A stretch of DNA of 64,000 nucleotides from an uncultured virus (IMG/VR IMGVR_UViG_3300033177_000001) (lineage: Duplodnaviria; Heunggongvirae; Uroviricota; Caudoviricetes): IMG/VR virus record IMGVR_UViG_3300033177_000001. The stretch is one strand, 5' to 3'. Under the pieces are notes generated by a model. The model did not search any database, was not told where the DNA came from, and worked only from the letters and a program-made list of their open reading frames with translations. Positions 54,790 through 64,000 of this stretch are shown one piece after another; position 1 is the first letter of the stretch; each line of letters opens with the position of its first letter. Position numbers and translations under genes: made by a program.

Positions 54790-57700
54790 GTGGGTGTTAT
54801 CGACGAGATGATTGAAGTTATGGAGATGGAGATGGAGGTTGTTCCGGAGGGAGCGGACGAGCCGGAGTCGGAAGAGGAGCGCCTTGAACGCGCGCTGTCC
54901 GTGGTGAAGGGCGACCGCGATGCGTCGGAGGAGTTGCAGGAGACGCTGGCTCCGTTCCGCGAGGAGGCGTACCGGTTCTACCGGGGGCGCGCCCTGGGGA
55001 ACGAGCGGGCGGGCCGCTCCAAGGTTGTGTCTTCCGACGTGATGGACGCCGTGGAGTGGGTCATGCCGTCGTTGATGCGGATTTACTTCTCCAGCGATAT
55101 CGTGTCGTGCGAGCCTGTGGGGCCGGAAGATCAGACTGTGGCGGAGCGGGTGAGCGCGTTGCTGAACTATCAGTTCACTCGGCGAGGCGACGGATTCGTC
55201 GTTGCGTATAAATGGTTCAAGGACGCCCTGATCTACGGTCTCGGCGTGGCGAAAATATCGTGGGAGGATCGCTTCCGCGATGTGCCGTTCTCCGTGCCGG
55301 AGATGTCGGAGGGCGACTTCAACGCACTTTCGGCGGAGGACGGGATAGAGATCACCGGATTCGAGCGGGTGGAGATTCCTCCGGACGAAGTGTCGGTGCA
55401 GCGGATTGTGCAACAGACGGTGATGGGGTTGCCGCCGGACATGCCTGACGACGAGAAGGCGGAGGCCGTGCGCATGGCCGTGGAGTCGATGCCGCGTCTC
55501 GCGACGTATTCCAACGTCGAGGGGAAGAGGGCGATTCTCGATTACTCGGGTCCGGTGTACGAGGTGATCCCGCCGGAAGATTTCCTATACGATCCCGAAG
55601 CGGAAGAGCTGCGGAACGCACGCTTCGTTATCCATAGAGTTTTCCGGACGCCCGACTACCTGCGGCGAATGGAGTCGGAGGGTGTGTACTTCAACGTCGA
55701 AGAGGCCATCGAGAAGGGGAACACACAGCGCGACGGCGACAGAAGCGACAGGGAGAAGGGTTTCCGGAACGCGGAGAACGACAGGATAAATCCGTGGACG
55801 ATGACGGAGAATATCGAGGACGCGGACAAGCGTCGTCCGCTGGAGTTGTACGAGTGGTGGGGGCTGTTCGATTCCGACGGAAGCGGACGGCTGACGCCGC
55901 ACGTCATCACCGTGGCGAACGACGTTGTGATTCGTCTTGAGCGGAACCCCTACGACCACGGGGAACCGCCGTTCGAGGCGCTTCGTCCTGTTCTCGACGT
56001 GCATAAGTTCGAGGGGATCGGCTTCGCCGACATGGTGAAGGAATTCCAGGAGACGAAGACGAGCCTGCGCAGACAGATTCTCGACAACATTTCGTGGCAG
56101 AACAACGGGATGTGGGAGGTGCAGCGCGGGGCCGGAGTGGAGATGGAGTCGCTGGTGAACCCGCGTCCGGGCGGCGTCGTCCGTACAGACGTGCCGGGGG
56201 CCGTGCGTCCGCTGACGCCGCCTCCGTTGCAGCAGGCCGGATTCATGGCGTTGGAGTTCGAACAGACGCAATTGGAGCAGCGTACCGGAATAACCCGTTA
56301 TACGCAGGGATTGGATAGTCGCAGCTTGAATAAGATGCTCGACATACAAACACCGATCTGCATGGCTGACGGGTCGTGGAAAAGGCTTGAGGACATCTGC
56401 GACGGAGACAGGATTCTCGGAAGAGATGGACAAGCAACTACGGTGCTTCGCGCTCACGAAATCCAATATCCTAAAAAAGCGTACAAACTTACATTTGCTT
56501 CCGGCGATGAAATTGTCGCCGGGGGGGAGCACCTTTGGACGATACAAACAGCTTGGGATAAAGAAAAAGGAACGTGGAGGACTGTGGACACGGATACGAT
56601 TTATCAAATGGATTCTCGCTTGAAGAAGCGTGGAACCATTTCTGTCCCCCGTGTTCAAAGGCCCGAGTTTGATGGGGCGGGCAATCTTCCGATTGATCCC
56701 TATGTTCTTGGGTTATGGCTCGGGAACGGAAGTTCATATGATCCGGTAATTACGTTGCGCGATGACGATGTTGTTGAGTCGTTAAGGGAGTGGGCGCGTT
56801 CTAGCGGCGGAGATATCAAGGAGTATTTTGATCCCCGTCTGCCGAAATCAAAAAACTTTTACGTGTCCGTCCCTGGGTTGTATTCAACGCTTCGCTCTCT
56901 CGGGTTGATGAAAACGAGAGGGGAGAGTGACGGGGCATGTAAGCACATCCCTGAAATTTACAAATGTGCAAAATATGCCGAACGTCTTGAGCTTTTAAGA
57001 GGGCTTATGGATACGGATGGAAGTTTTGACAGCGGGTCCACCGTCGTGTTTTCTCAATCCGAGGGACCTTTGTTGTGGGATGTGGTTGACCTAATTCACA
57101 GTCTTGGTGGGTGGGTAACACCTCACAAGGTGACGGCTGAAAGCAATTTTAATAGGACAAAAGATTTTTATTTGCTGAGGTTTCGCGTTTTCGACAATCC
57201 TTTTAGAGCGGATCGCAAGGCGTCTCAGTGGAGTCCGCCTGCCGTTGAAACGGACAGACAAGCAATTCGCTCGATAGAACCCGTTGAAATATGCAAGATG
57301 AGATGTCTTACTGTGGACGCGAAAGATGGATTGTTTTGTGTTGGGAAAATTTTTACAATTACACACAATACAGCCACGGGCATAACGGCAATAATGGGGG
57401 CTTCGCAGCAGCGCATCGAGCTGATTGCAAGGCTTTTCGCCGAGACGGGTGTGAGGAGCCTCTTCGTCAAGGCGCTTTCGTTGAACCGGCAGTTCGTGCG
57501 CGACGAGTTCGTCGTGCGGCTGTACGGGGAGCCTATCGTGATCAACAAGGACGACGTGTCGGGGCAGTTCGACATTCTGGTGTCCGTCGGTATTTCGGCG
57601 AGCAAGCAGGAGGTCGTGCAGCAGCAGATGATTCAGCTTATCCAGATGGCTCCGGGTTTGGCGCAGGCGCAGGTTATGACGCCGGACAACATCTACGCCA

Positions 57701-57981
57701 TCATGGTGAAGCTGCTTGAGGGATGGGGCTTCAAGGATCACAGCCAGTTGATGACGAATCCGAACGTGATGGGGCAGATGACGCAGCAGATGCAGCAGAT
57801 GCAGCAGCAAATGCAGATGATGCAGATGATCTTGCAGCACCCGAGTATTGCGAACGCGGTGCCGCAGATAGCGCAGCAGGTGCAGCAGGCACAGGCGGCT
57901 CCTCCGGGCGGTCCCCCGGCACAAGGGGAACAACCCCCGGCACAGGGGCCTGTACCGGCACAGGGGGGTGCGCCGGTATGA
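54790..57981 (+). CDS. Portal protein (P22-like) containing an intein
   Basis: YRG..NE..GRSKVVSSDV.D.VEW.MPSL; TGITRYTQG; Q-rich C-terminus. Confidence 0.88.
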   Translation: MGVIDEMIEVMEMEMEVVPEGADEPESEEERLERALSVVKGDRDASEELQETLAPFREEAYRFYRGRALGNERAGRSKVVSSDVMDAVEWVMPSLMRIYFSSDIVSCEPVGPEDQTVAERVSALLNYQFTRRGDGFVVAYKWFKDALIYGLGVAKISWEDRFRDVPFSVPEMSEGDFNALSAEDGIEITGFERVEIPPDEVSVQRIVQQTVMGLPPDMPDDEKAEAVRMAVESMPRLATYSNVEGKRAILDYSGPVYEVIPPEDFLYDPEAEELRNARFVIHRVFRTPDYLRRMESEGVYFNVEEAIEKGNTQRDGDRSDREKGFRNAENDRINPWTMTENIEDADKRRPLELYEWWGLFDSDGSGRLTPHVITVANDVVIRLERNPYDHGEPPFEALRPVLDVHKFEGIGFADMVKEFQETKTSLRRQILDNISWQNNGMWEVQRGAGVEMESLVNPRPGGVVRTDVPGAVRPLTPPPLQQAGFMALEFEQTQLEQRTGITRYTQGLDSRSLNKMLDIQTPICMADGSWKRLEDICDGDRILGRDGQATTVLRAHEIQYPKKAYKLTFASGDEIVAGGEHLWTIQTAWDKEKGTWRTVDTDTIYQMDSRLKKRGTISVPRVQRPEFDGAGNLPIDPYVLGLWLGNGSSYDPVITLRDDDVVESLREWARSSGGDIKEYFDPRLPKSKNFYVSVPGLYSTLRSLGLMKTRGESDGACKHIPEIYKCAKYAERLELLRGLMDTDGSFDSGSTVVFSQSEGPLLWDVVDLIHSLGGWVTPHKVTAESNFNRTKDFYLLRFRVFDNPFRADRKASQWSPPAVETDRQAIRSIEPVEICKMRCLTVDAKDGLFCVGKIFTITHNTATGITAIMGASQQRIELIARLFAETGVRSLFVKALSLNRQFVRDEFVVRLYGEPIVINKDDVSGQFDILVSVGISASKQEVVQQQMIQLIQMAPGLAQAQVMTPDNIYAIMVKLLEGWGFKDHSQLMTNPNVMGQMTQQMQQMQQQMQMMQMILQHPSIANAVPQIAQQVQQAQAAPPGGPPAQGEQPPAQGPVPAQGGAPV
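56335..57369 (+). mobile_element. Class 3 intein with LAGLIDADG endonuclease (345 aa)
   Basis: Starts MLDIQTPI; GEHLW; LGLWLGNG; LRGLMDTDG; RCLTV; ends THN followed by T. Confidence 0.88.
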
Positions 57982-58238
57982 TGCACCGGAGCCTTCCCGG
58001 AGACAGCAAGCTTGACCCGGTGGAGTTTCTCGACGTTGTGTCGAGGCTCGGGGTTGATGCGCTGCACGAGCTTGCGGCCGTGTATCTCGATGTGAAGTAC
58101 GCCGCGCTGTTGTGTTCGCCGTCCGGCGACGATATGACGAAGTACTCTCTCGCGAGGGCGCAGGGGGTGCGGGAGTTCGTCCGATGGATCAGCGAAACCC
58201 GCGATGAAGTCAGAGAGCTGATGGAGCGGAAGCAGTGA
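57978..58238 (+). CDS. Small head-region protein
   Basis: Coupled to portal stop; ARAQGVREFVRWI. Confidence 0.6.
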   Translation: MMHRSLPGDSKLDPVEFLDVVSRLGVDALHELAAVYLDVKYAALLCSPSGDDMTKYSLARAQGVREFVRWISETRDEVRELMERKQ

Positions 58239-58442
58239 TCGACACATCCCCCGCGAACGAATCCGGGGGATTTTAACGAGATCAACAAAGAAGAGACGGG
58301 ATAGCCCGTCTTTTTTCATAGATGAGAGGGCTTCGGAGCGATGGCTTCGGAGCCCTTTTTTATTGGCCAACCCGGAGAGGGGGCCGCCCGCGTTCGGGGG
58401 TATCCGCCGGTTTCCGGGAGCACAAAACAAGGAGGCACTACC

Positions 58443-59528
58443 GTGGAGAAAGAACTGGATCAGGTACTGGCGCAGGAGAACGAAAGCGATACCGGCGAGT
58501 TCGAAAAGTCGAGGGAGGAATACTACCAGTCGATGGCCGCACGCGCTCGCGGAGACGAGGACGCGTCGGAGGAAGATGAGTCGGCATTGGATGAGTTTTT
58601 CGGCGAAGAGCGGGATGAGCAACCGGAGTCGGAGAAGGTTCCGGATGTGGAAGAAACGCCGCTTCAGACGCCGGAACAATCGCAGTCTGTTGAGACGCCC
58701 CCTGTGGCGCAGAAGCCGCCGCTGATGAAGTTGAAGGTGGATGGACAGGAGATTTCCATTCACGACTACAACGACGCGGTGACGCTGGCGCAGAAGGGAT
58801 TGCACTACACGCAGCAGATGCAGGCGCTCGCGCCGTACCGGCACGTTCTGAAGGCTCTCGAATCCAACCCGGATTTGCAGGAGGAGCTTTTGAACCGGAT
58901 TCGCGGAGGACAGCCCGCGAAGAAGGAAGAGAAGGCCGCTCCCGTCGCGGAGCCGGAGAAGAAGATCGAAATACCTCCCATGCGGGAGGATGAAACCTAC
59001 GAGGAGTGGACGCAGCGCGTCTTCAAGGATGAGATTCCGAATCTCGTGCGTTCGGAGGCGGAGCGTATCGCCGGTGCGAAAGCCGCCGAGATATTCAAAA
59101 CTGAGAACGCAACGCTTGAAGAGGTACGCCGCCGGGAAAAGATTCTCGACGCGGCGCGCGCAGACCCGCTTTTCAATCAGACGGCGCATTTCATCCGGCA
59201 GTCGATAGAGGCCGGGCAGATTCCGCCGACTGTGCTCCAGGCTGCCGACAGCGATCCGAAGACATTCGCATGGCTGTACGACAGCGCGCGCAAGAAGGTG
59301 GCGTCGATGATGGCTCCGGTGCAGACAGCGCCGCTTCCTGCGGTTGCTCCGTCCGCTCCGGTCGAGACGCCGAGAAGTCCGCAGCCCCGCGCCCCGCACG
59401 CCGAAGCGGCGTCCGGACGGGCACGCCCGTCGAAGGGTTCGCGCGATTACGTGAAGGTGATCGAGGACATGGAGGACGCGAAATTCAAGGAACTGCTCGA
59501 ACGAGTGAAAGCGGGTGGCGCCAGATGA
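58443..59528 (+). CDS. Capsid scaffolding protein
   Basis: Acidic; KLKVDGQE..QKGLHYTQ; precedes capsid; SD AAGGAGG. Confidence 0.75.
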   Translation: MEKELDQVLAQENESDTGEFEKSREEYYQSMAARARGDEDASEEDESALDEFFGEERDEQPESEKVPDVEETPLQTPEQSQSVETPPVAQKPPLMKLKVDGQEISIHDYNDAVTLAQKGLHYTQQMQALAPYRHVLKALESNPDLQEELLNRIRGGQPAKKEEKAAPVAEPEKKIEIPPMREDETYEEWTQRVFKDEIPNLVRSEAERIAGAKAAEIFKTENATLEEVRRREKILDAARADPLFNQTAHFIRQSIEAGQIPPTVLQAADSDPKTFAWLYDSARKKVASMMAPVQTAPLPAVAPSAPVETPRSPQPRAPHAEAASGRARPSKGSRDYVKVIEDMEDAKFKELLERVKAGGAR

Positions 59529-59568
59529 GGCGAGTACCCGCTCAAATTTTATCAGGGAGTGATACTAC

Positions 59569-60588
59569 TTGAGCACACAGTATATGAAGGCGGCTGATTT
59601 TTCCAGAGCGGCACTGACGTTTTATGAGAAGACCCTCCTGACGACATCGCGTTCTCTTCTCACCTACGCGCAGTTCGGTGAGAAGTTCCCGATGAAGGAC
59701 AAGAGCGGCAAGACGATCAACTTCGCGCGGTACGCCGATCTTTCGGCGGCGACGACCGAACTTGGCGAGGCCATTACCCCGGTCGGCAGCAAGATTCTCA
59801 AGAGCGAGATCACGGCGACTCTTCACCAGTACGGCGACTGGGTCGGTATTTCCGACGTGACGACGATGACGGGCTTCGACCCGGAGATCACCATCGCCGC
59901 CGAGAAACTCGGTCGGCAGCAGGGCCTCACGCTCGACACGGTGCTCCGCAACGAGCTGATGCAGGGGACGAACGAGGTGTGGGCCAAAGGCAAGACGTCC
60001 AGGGAGACGATCAAGGATAAGATTCAGAAGGCCGACTTTCAGAAGATTCACCGCTTCCTGCGCTCCAACGACGTGCCGATGATCACCAAGATGATCGACC
60101 CGAGCACCGGGATTGCGACGCAGCCCGTGCCCGCCGCGTACATCGCCATCGGACACACGGACATGATCACCGATCTGGAGGACCTGGAGGCGACCGGCGG
60201 GTTTGTGCCGGTGCATAAGTATTCGAGCAGCAGGGGCGTGTTCGAGGGTGAGGTCGGGACGCTCGCGGGGATCCGGTTCATTCTCACCAGCAACGCTCCC
60301 ATTGTGTACGCCGCGGGCGACACGCCGAGTACCGGCATCCAGGCGAGCGTGGATGCTTCCAAGGTGGACGTGTACCAGACCATCATCTTCGGCGAGGGCG
60401 CGTTCGCGGAAGTTCCTCTGAACAAGGGGAACAGCGGGATCATCATCAAGGCGAAGGGCGCGAAGGATACGATGGATACCAGCGACCCGCTGAACCAAAG
60501 GAACACGGTCGGCTGGAAGACCATGTGGGCGGGGCTGATCCTCGACGATAGCCGCATCGTGCGTTACGAGCACGGCGTGACGGCGTAA
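59569..60588 (+). CDS. Major capsid protein, N4-gp56 family
   Basis: GKTINFARY; L.QYG; EGEVG...GIRF; DPLNQR.TVGWK. Confidence 0.9.
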   Translation: MSTQYMKAADFSRAALTFYEKTLLTTSRSLLTYAQFGEKFPMKDKSGKTINFARYADLSAATTELGEAITPVGSKILKSEITATLHQYGDWVGISDVTTMTGFDPEITIAAEKLGRQQGLTLDTVLRNELMQGTNEVWAKGKTSRETIKDKIQKADFQKIHRFLRSNDVPMITKMIDPSTGIATQPVPAAYIAIGHTDMITDLEDLEATGGFVPVHKYSSSRGVFEGEVGTLAGIRFILTSNAPIVYAAGDTPSTGIQASVDASKVDVYQTIIFGEGAFAEVPLNKGNSGIIIKAKGAKDTMDTSDPLNQRNTVGWKTMWAGLILDDSRIVRYEHGVTA

Positions 60589-60603
60589 GGTTGGTGACGG
60601 GGT

Positions 60604-61050
60604 ATGAGTATGGAATTCAGAACTCTTGAGAACGCCGCGCTGAACGATAATTTTGGACTGATGGCGAAGGCGATGAGCGGGGACATGAAGTTCTCGCTCT
60701 CGCAGACGACCGCCGCTCCGACGGTTGCTGAATGCACTGCCGCAGCGCAGGTGTACAACATCACCATCAGCCTGACCACGGCAGCCGGAGAGCTGCATAG
60801 CTGGTACAACGGCAAGGTGTTGCTCGCTATTGCGGACACCGACGATACTGGAGTTGCGAGCATCGATCCCGCCGCCGGTGAGCGCGCCATGACCAACGGC
60901 GTGCTTGAAGTAGAAGTGACGATGAGCAAAGCGGTTTGGACCGCGAACAAGACGGCGACGCTGACGGTTTCCGACCTGGCTACCGCCGGGACGGGTATTC
61001 TCGGTTTCGTTGTCGCGGACGCGACGTTTGTAGCGACGGTGAAGGCATAG
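60604..61050 (+). CDS. Putative decoration / minor capsid protein 1
   Basis: Beta-rich, after capsid; paralog of next gene. Confidence 0.6.
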   Translation: MSMEFRTLENAALNDNFGLMAKAMSGDMKFSLSQTTAAPTVAECTAAAQVYNITISLTTAAGELHSWYNGKVLLAIADTDDTGVASIDPAAGERAMTNGVLEVEVTMSKAVWTANKTATLTVSDLATAGTGILGFVVADATFVATVKA

Positions 61051-61109
61051 TTCGATTGATTGGGGCGGAGGAATCCGCCCCTTTTGTATTGTGACGGGAG
61101 CGTGGTGGT

Positions 61110-61553
61110 ATGGAGTATCGCGTGCTTGAAGACGCGGCGGTAAACGAGAATTTCGAGTTGATGTCGAAGATTCTTTCCGGAGATGTGAAGTTGACGCTTT
61201 CGCAGACGACTGACACTGTAACGGAGACGGAAGCGGCGGCTGGGCCGAGTTACGAGATCGGGATCAGGCTGGAGGATTCGGCGGGGAATCTTCATGAGTG
61301 GTACAACAGTAAGGTGACGCTTGCGGTCGCCGACACGAGCGATGTGGTGGGCGCCGCGATGGCGGTCGATCCGGTCGCTGGAAGCTACGCGATGGACGGC
61401 GGAACATATGAGGCCAAAGTGACGCTGAGCGAATCCGCATGGGCTCCCGACGACACGGCGACGCTGACGGTGACGGCGAAAGTGTGCGGTTTCAATGCTT
61501 CGGCGACGTTCGTCGTGACGGTTGTAGCCGATCCGGAACCTTCAGGCGGATAA
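61110..61553 (+). CDS. Putative decoration / minor capsid protein 2
   Basis: Shares ME.R.LE.AA.N.NF.LM.K..SGD.K..LSQTT and LH.WYN.KV.LA.ADT with previous. Confidence 0.6.
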   Translation: MEYRVLEDAAVNENFELMSKILSGDVKLTLSQTTDTVTETEAAAGPSYEIGIRLEDSAGNLHEWYNSKVTLAVADTSDVVGAAMAVDPVAGSYAMDGGTYEAKVTLSESAWAPDDTATLTVTAKVCGFNASATFVVTVVADPEPSGG

Positions 61554-61569
61554 CGGAGAGTGAACGACG

Positions 61570-61601
61570 AGCGGGGAGGCGAGAGTCTCCCCGCTTTTTT
61601 T
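61570..61601 (+). terminator. Rho-independent terminator
   Basis: AGCGGGGAGGC-GAGA-GTCTCCCCGCT then T-run. Confidence 0.8.
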
Positions 61602-61624
61602 ATATGTGAAAGGGAGGCTTTTCA

Positions 61625-62173
61625 ATGAGTATGTTTCAACCCGAGAGGATGTACACGGTAACGGTATTCGATAACCAGGACAGGGATTCCAGAGAGCAGT
61701 TCGTGGCGGTGAACTTTCAGAAGGTGCGGATTCCCATAGGGAAGCAGACGCGCGTTGCGGGAAAGTTTCTCGCGGTGCTTGAGAACAAGGGGAGCTATCT
61801 TTCGGCGCAGATGGAGGATACGGTTTCCGGTCAGGTGCGGAGTGATCCGTATGCCCGATGGATGCCTCGTTTTTCGATCACGACGCACGGCATGGTGGAT
61901 ATGCCTTCCGTTCCTTCCGGCGGGGTGGTGCTTGAGGGGCCGAAACCGGCGGAGGTTCCCATTGTCGGGCAGCGGCAGAGCGCGCTGAGTCTCGACCTGG
62001 GGGAAGCAAAGGCGGAACCGGAAGCGGAGCCGAAGAAGTCGGGTATCGACAGGAACGCGCTGCTTGGGAAGACGATGGCGGAAGTGCGGTCGATGTGCGC
62101 GAACAGGGGTATCCGGTACAAGGTGTCGAATACGAAGGAAGAACTCCTCGATCTACTCGAAGGCAAGGAGTAG
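61625..62173 (+). CDS. Hypothetical protein with C-terminal HeH/Rho-N-like motif
   Basis: TMAEVRSMC..RGI..TKEELLDLL. Confidence 0.6.
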   Translation: MSMFQPERMYTVTVFDNQDRDSREQFVAVNFQKVRIPIGKQTRVAGKFLAVLENKGSYLSAQMEDTVSGQVRSDPYARWMPRFSITTHGMVDMPSVPSGGVVLEGPKPAEVPIVGQRQSALSLDLGEAKAEPEAEPKKSGIDRNALLGKTMAEVRSMCANRGIRYKVSNTKEELLDLLEGKE

Positions 62174-62183
62174 GAGGTAGGTT

Positions 62184-62819
62184 ATGCGAGTCTCGGATAT
62201 CGTCCGCAAGGTACGGTACGAGCTTGCCGAACCGACCGCGAGCGAGTGGAAGGACGACGAGCTTGTTTCGTATCTGAACGACGGGTTCGCTTCGGCGTGG
62301 AGACTTGCGGCGGAACTCCATCACCCGTTGGTGGAGCAGACGGACGATGTGACGATTCTCGCCGCCGCTAATTCGGTGCAGCTCCCAAGTCCGCCGCTCA
62401 AGATGATTTCGGTGACGCTGGATGCCGCTGTTCTCCCCTACGAGCACCCCGGCAGTATGCCGACGCGGGAGTATTCCAAGATCGAGATGTGGACGGTCGA
62501 GGGACTGGACACGCTCCGCGTGTGGGGTACGCCCGCGGAGGAGACGACGCTGACGGTGCGCCTGGTGCGCGAGCCGGACATTCTTCGGCTGGAGGCGTCC
62601 ACGCTGACGGACGACGATGTGCCGATGCCGTCCGCCGTGCTGGAGCTTCTTGTCAACTTCGTGATCATGAAGGCGCAGAACCGTCTCGGCGGCAGGCCGC
62701 AGATGGAAGCGTCCCTGTATCAGCAGTACAAGCGCGATGTGATGCGCGCCCTTGAGATTCGCGAGCCGCCTCTGGTGACGTGCAACGGGTACTGGCTTCC
62801 CGCCCCGAAGGGATGGTGA
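62184..62819 (+). CDS. Head-tail adaptor (tail tubular A-like)
   Basis: IVRKVRYEL.E..WKDDELVSYLNDG. Confidence 0.7.
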   Translation: MRVSDIVRKVRYELAEPTASEWKDDELVSYLNDGFASAWRLAAELHHPLVEQTDDVTILAAANSVQLPSPPLKMISVTLDAAVLPYEHPGSMPTREYSKIEMWTVEGLDTLRVWGTPAEETTLTVRLVREPDILRLEASTLTDDDVPMPSAVLELLVNFVIMKAQNRLGGRPQMEASLYQQYKRDVMRALEIREPPLVTCNGYWLPAPKGW

Positions 62820-62825
62820 TGTTCC

Positions 62826-64000
62826 ATGCCCATAAATGAGGCTGCGGGAACAGCGCCGAATCTCAGTCCGAAGTTCAAGCAGAGGTTGCAGACTCCGGTC
62901 AAGGGAATGAACACGGTGCGCCCTCCGCACGAGATCGGAGAGACGGAGATAGTGGACAGCGTGAACTTCTGGGTGTCGCCCTACGGGAAGTTCGGGACGC
63001 GATGGGGAACGAAGAAGATGATGCCGGTCCCGCTCTCGGAGTCGGGCATCGGCGAGGCGCAGTATCCGGTGACGAAATCGTCGACGGGGACGGACTATCT
63101 CGTCGTCACGAATATGGACTACCTTCCTTCCTCCGATGCGTACATTCTCTTCGCCGACCGTCGTGTGTTCGCCATTCCGAGGGTTTCGTACTGGGGACTG
63201 AACGCGGGGTGGTCGTGGGGGGATTGGGAGACGCTCGACGGGGAGACCGTCAGGGAGGCGGTGGACGACGATGATGATACTCCTTCTGTTCGGTATTACA
63301 TGTCGGACAAGGGCGAGTGGTTTTCTTGGAATCTCGAAGAACCGGTTTCGCTTGTGGTGGTTGAGGAACCGGCGACGCTTCCTTGTGCGGCGGAAGCTCC
63401 CGGCGGGAGGGCGTTGTATCTTGGCGTGACGAACGCGCTGACGAACGATTCCCCGATTATCTCCGCGCTTTTCTACGGGAAGCTGTATGTGGCGACCGGG
63501 GGCGCGTTGCAGGTGATTTACACGGTGCGCGAGATCGATCTCGACGAAGACCCGCACTTGCCCGAGGACAGGGCGGTCGGGGATATTTACGTGGAGACGC
63601 TGGAAGCCCATGCGCTTTCCAACCCCGCGCCGGATCAGGCGGGGGCGATAGGCGTGCGCGCGAACAGACTCTGGGTGACGCAGCGCGATGGCTCCAAGGT
63701 GTGGTACTCCGGCGTGGACGATGCGAAGGATTGGGGTTGGGACGGGACGGGCGACGATCCGTCGTACACCGGCGGTTCGTTCAACGTGGACAGGGACGAC
63801 GGAGGCGTGCTCAACGGCCTCGTGAATTTCACCGATAGATTGATGCTGTTCAAGTACGACGCGAACGGCGTGCGGAACACCGTTCACAGAGTCATCGGCT
63901 CGCTCTCCGGAGCGGACGGGGACTACTTGCGGAGGGAACAGGCGGCGGAGGGTATTTCAGCCATCGACGCCCGGTGTATCACGCCAGCAGGGGACGACGT
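62826..64000 (+). CDS. Tail nozzle / P22 gp10-like stabilisation protein, 3'-truncated by window (absent from ORF track)
   Basis: Manual translation KGMNTVRPPHEIGETE..N..GKFGTRWGT; later NRLWV..VWYSG..DW. Confidence 0.7.
   Translation, partial: MPINEAAGTAPNLSPKFKQRLQTPVKGMNTVRPPHEIGETEIVDSVNFWVSPYGKFGTRWGTKKMMPVPLSESGIGEAQYPVTKSSTGTDYLVVTNMDYLPSSDAYILFADRRVFAIPRVSYWGLNAGWSWGDWETLDGETVREAVDDDDDTPSVRYYMSDKGEWFSWNLEEPVSLVVVEEPATLPCAAEAPGGRALYLGVTNALTNDSPIISALFYGKLYVATGGALQVIYTVREIDLDEDPHLPEDRAVGDIYVETLEAHALSNPAPDQAGAIGVRANRLWVTQRDGSKVWYSGVDDAKDWGWDGTGDDPSYTGGSFNVDRDDGGVLNGLVNFTDRLMLFKYDANGVRNTVHRVIGSLSGADGDYLRREQAAEGISAIDARCITPAGDD

Noticed and set aside
57770..57975. CAG/ATG-rich and CCCCCGGCACA repeats as a separate element
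   Set aside because: Ordinary Q/M/P-rich portal C-terminal tail

Overview
The whole window is a GC-rich tailed-phage genome segment with podovirus-like structural genes (P22-like portal and tail-stabilisation proteins, N4-gp56-type major capsid). In order: a 5'-truncated giant DarB-like polyvalent protein (>3969 aa); a 15-bp minisatellite; an IS607 element whose TnpB has the rearranged RuvC of the Fanzor2-ancestor type; an Mtd-like tail fibre whose C-terminus shows a DGR variable-repeat footprint, with no RT or template repeat in the window; a lysis cassette; an attP-like tmRNA/tRNA 3' end next to a truncated cI, with no integrase (lysogeny module apparently deleted); a cro switch with three operators; replication genes with a GGTAC-iteron origin-like region that recurs between terS and terL; DNA methyltransferases, including a C5 enzyme with an HNH insertion, an in-frame TGA and a two-frame split; an arc/rha module; a mosaic array of small genes with conserved boundary motifs; thyX, PAPS-reductase-like and dUTPase genes; a leftward early operon; a perfect chromosomal-type parS site; terS; a split terL; a portal with a class 3 intein; and head and tail genes running off the right end. 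All family calls come from motif recognition by eye, not database searches.
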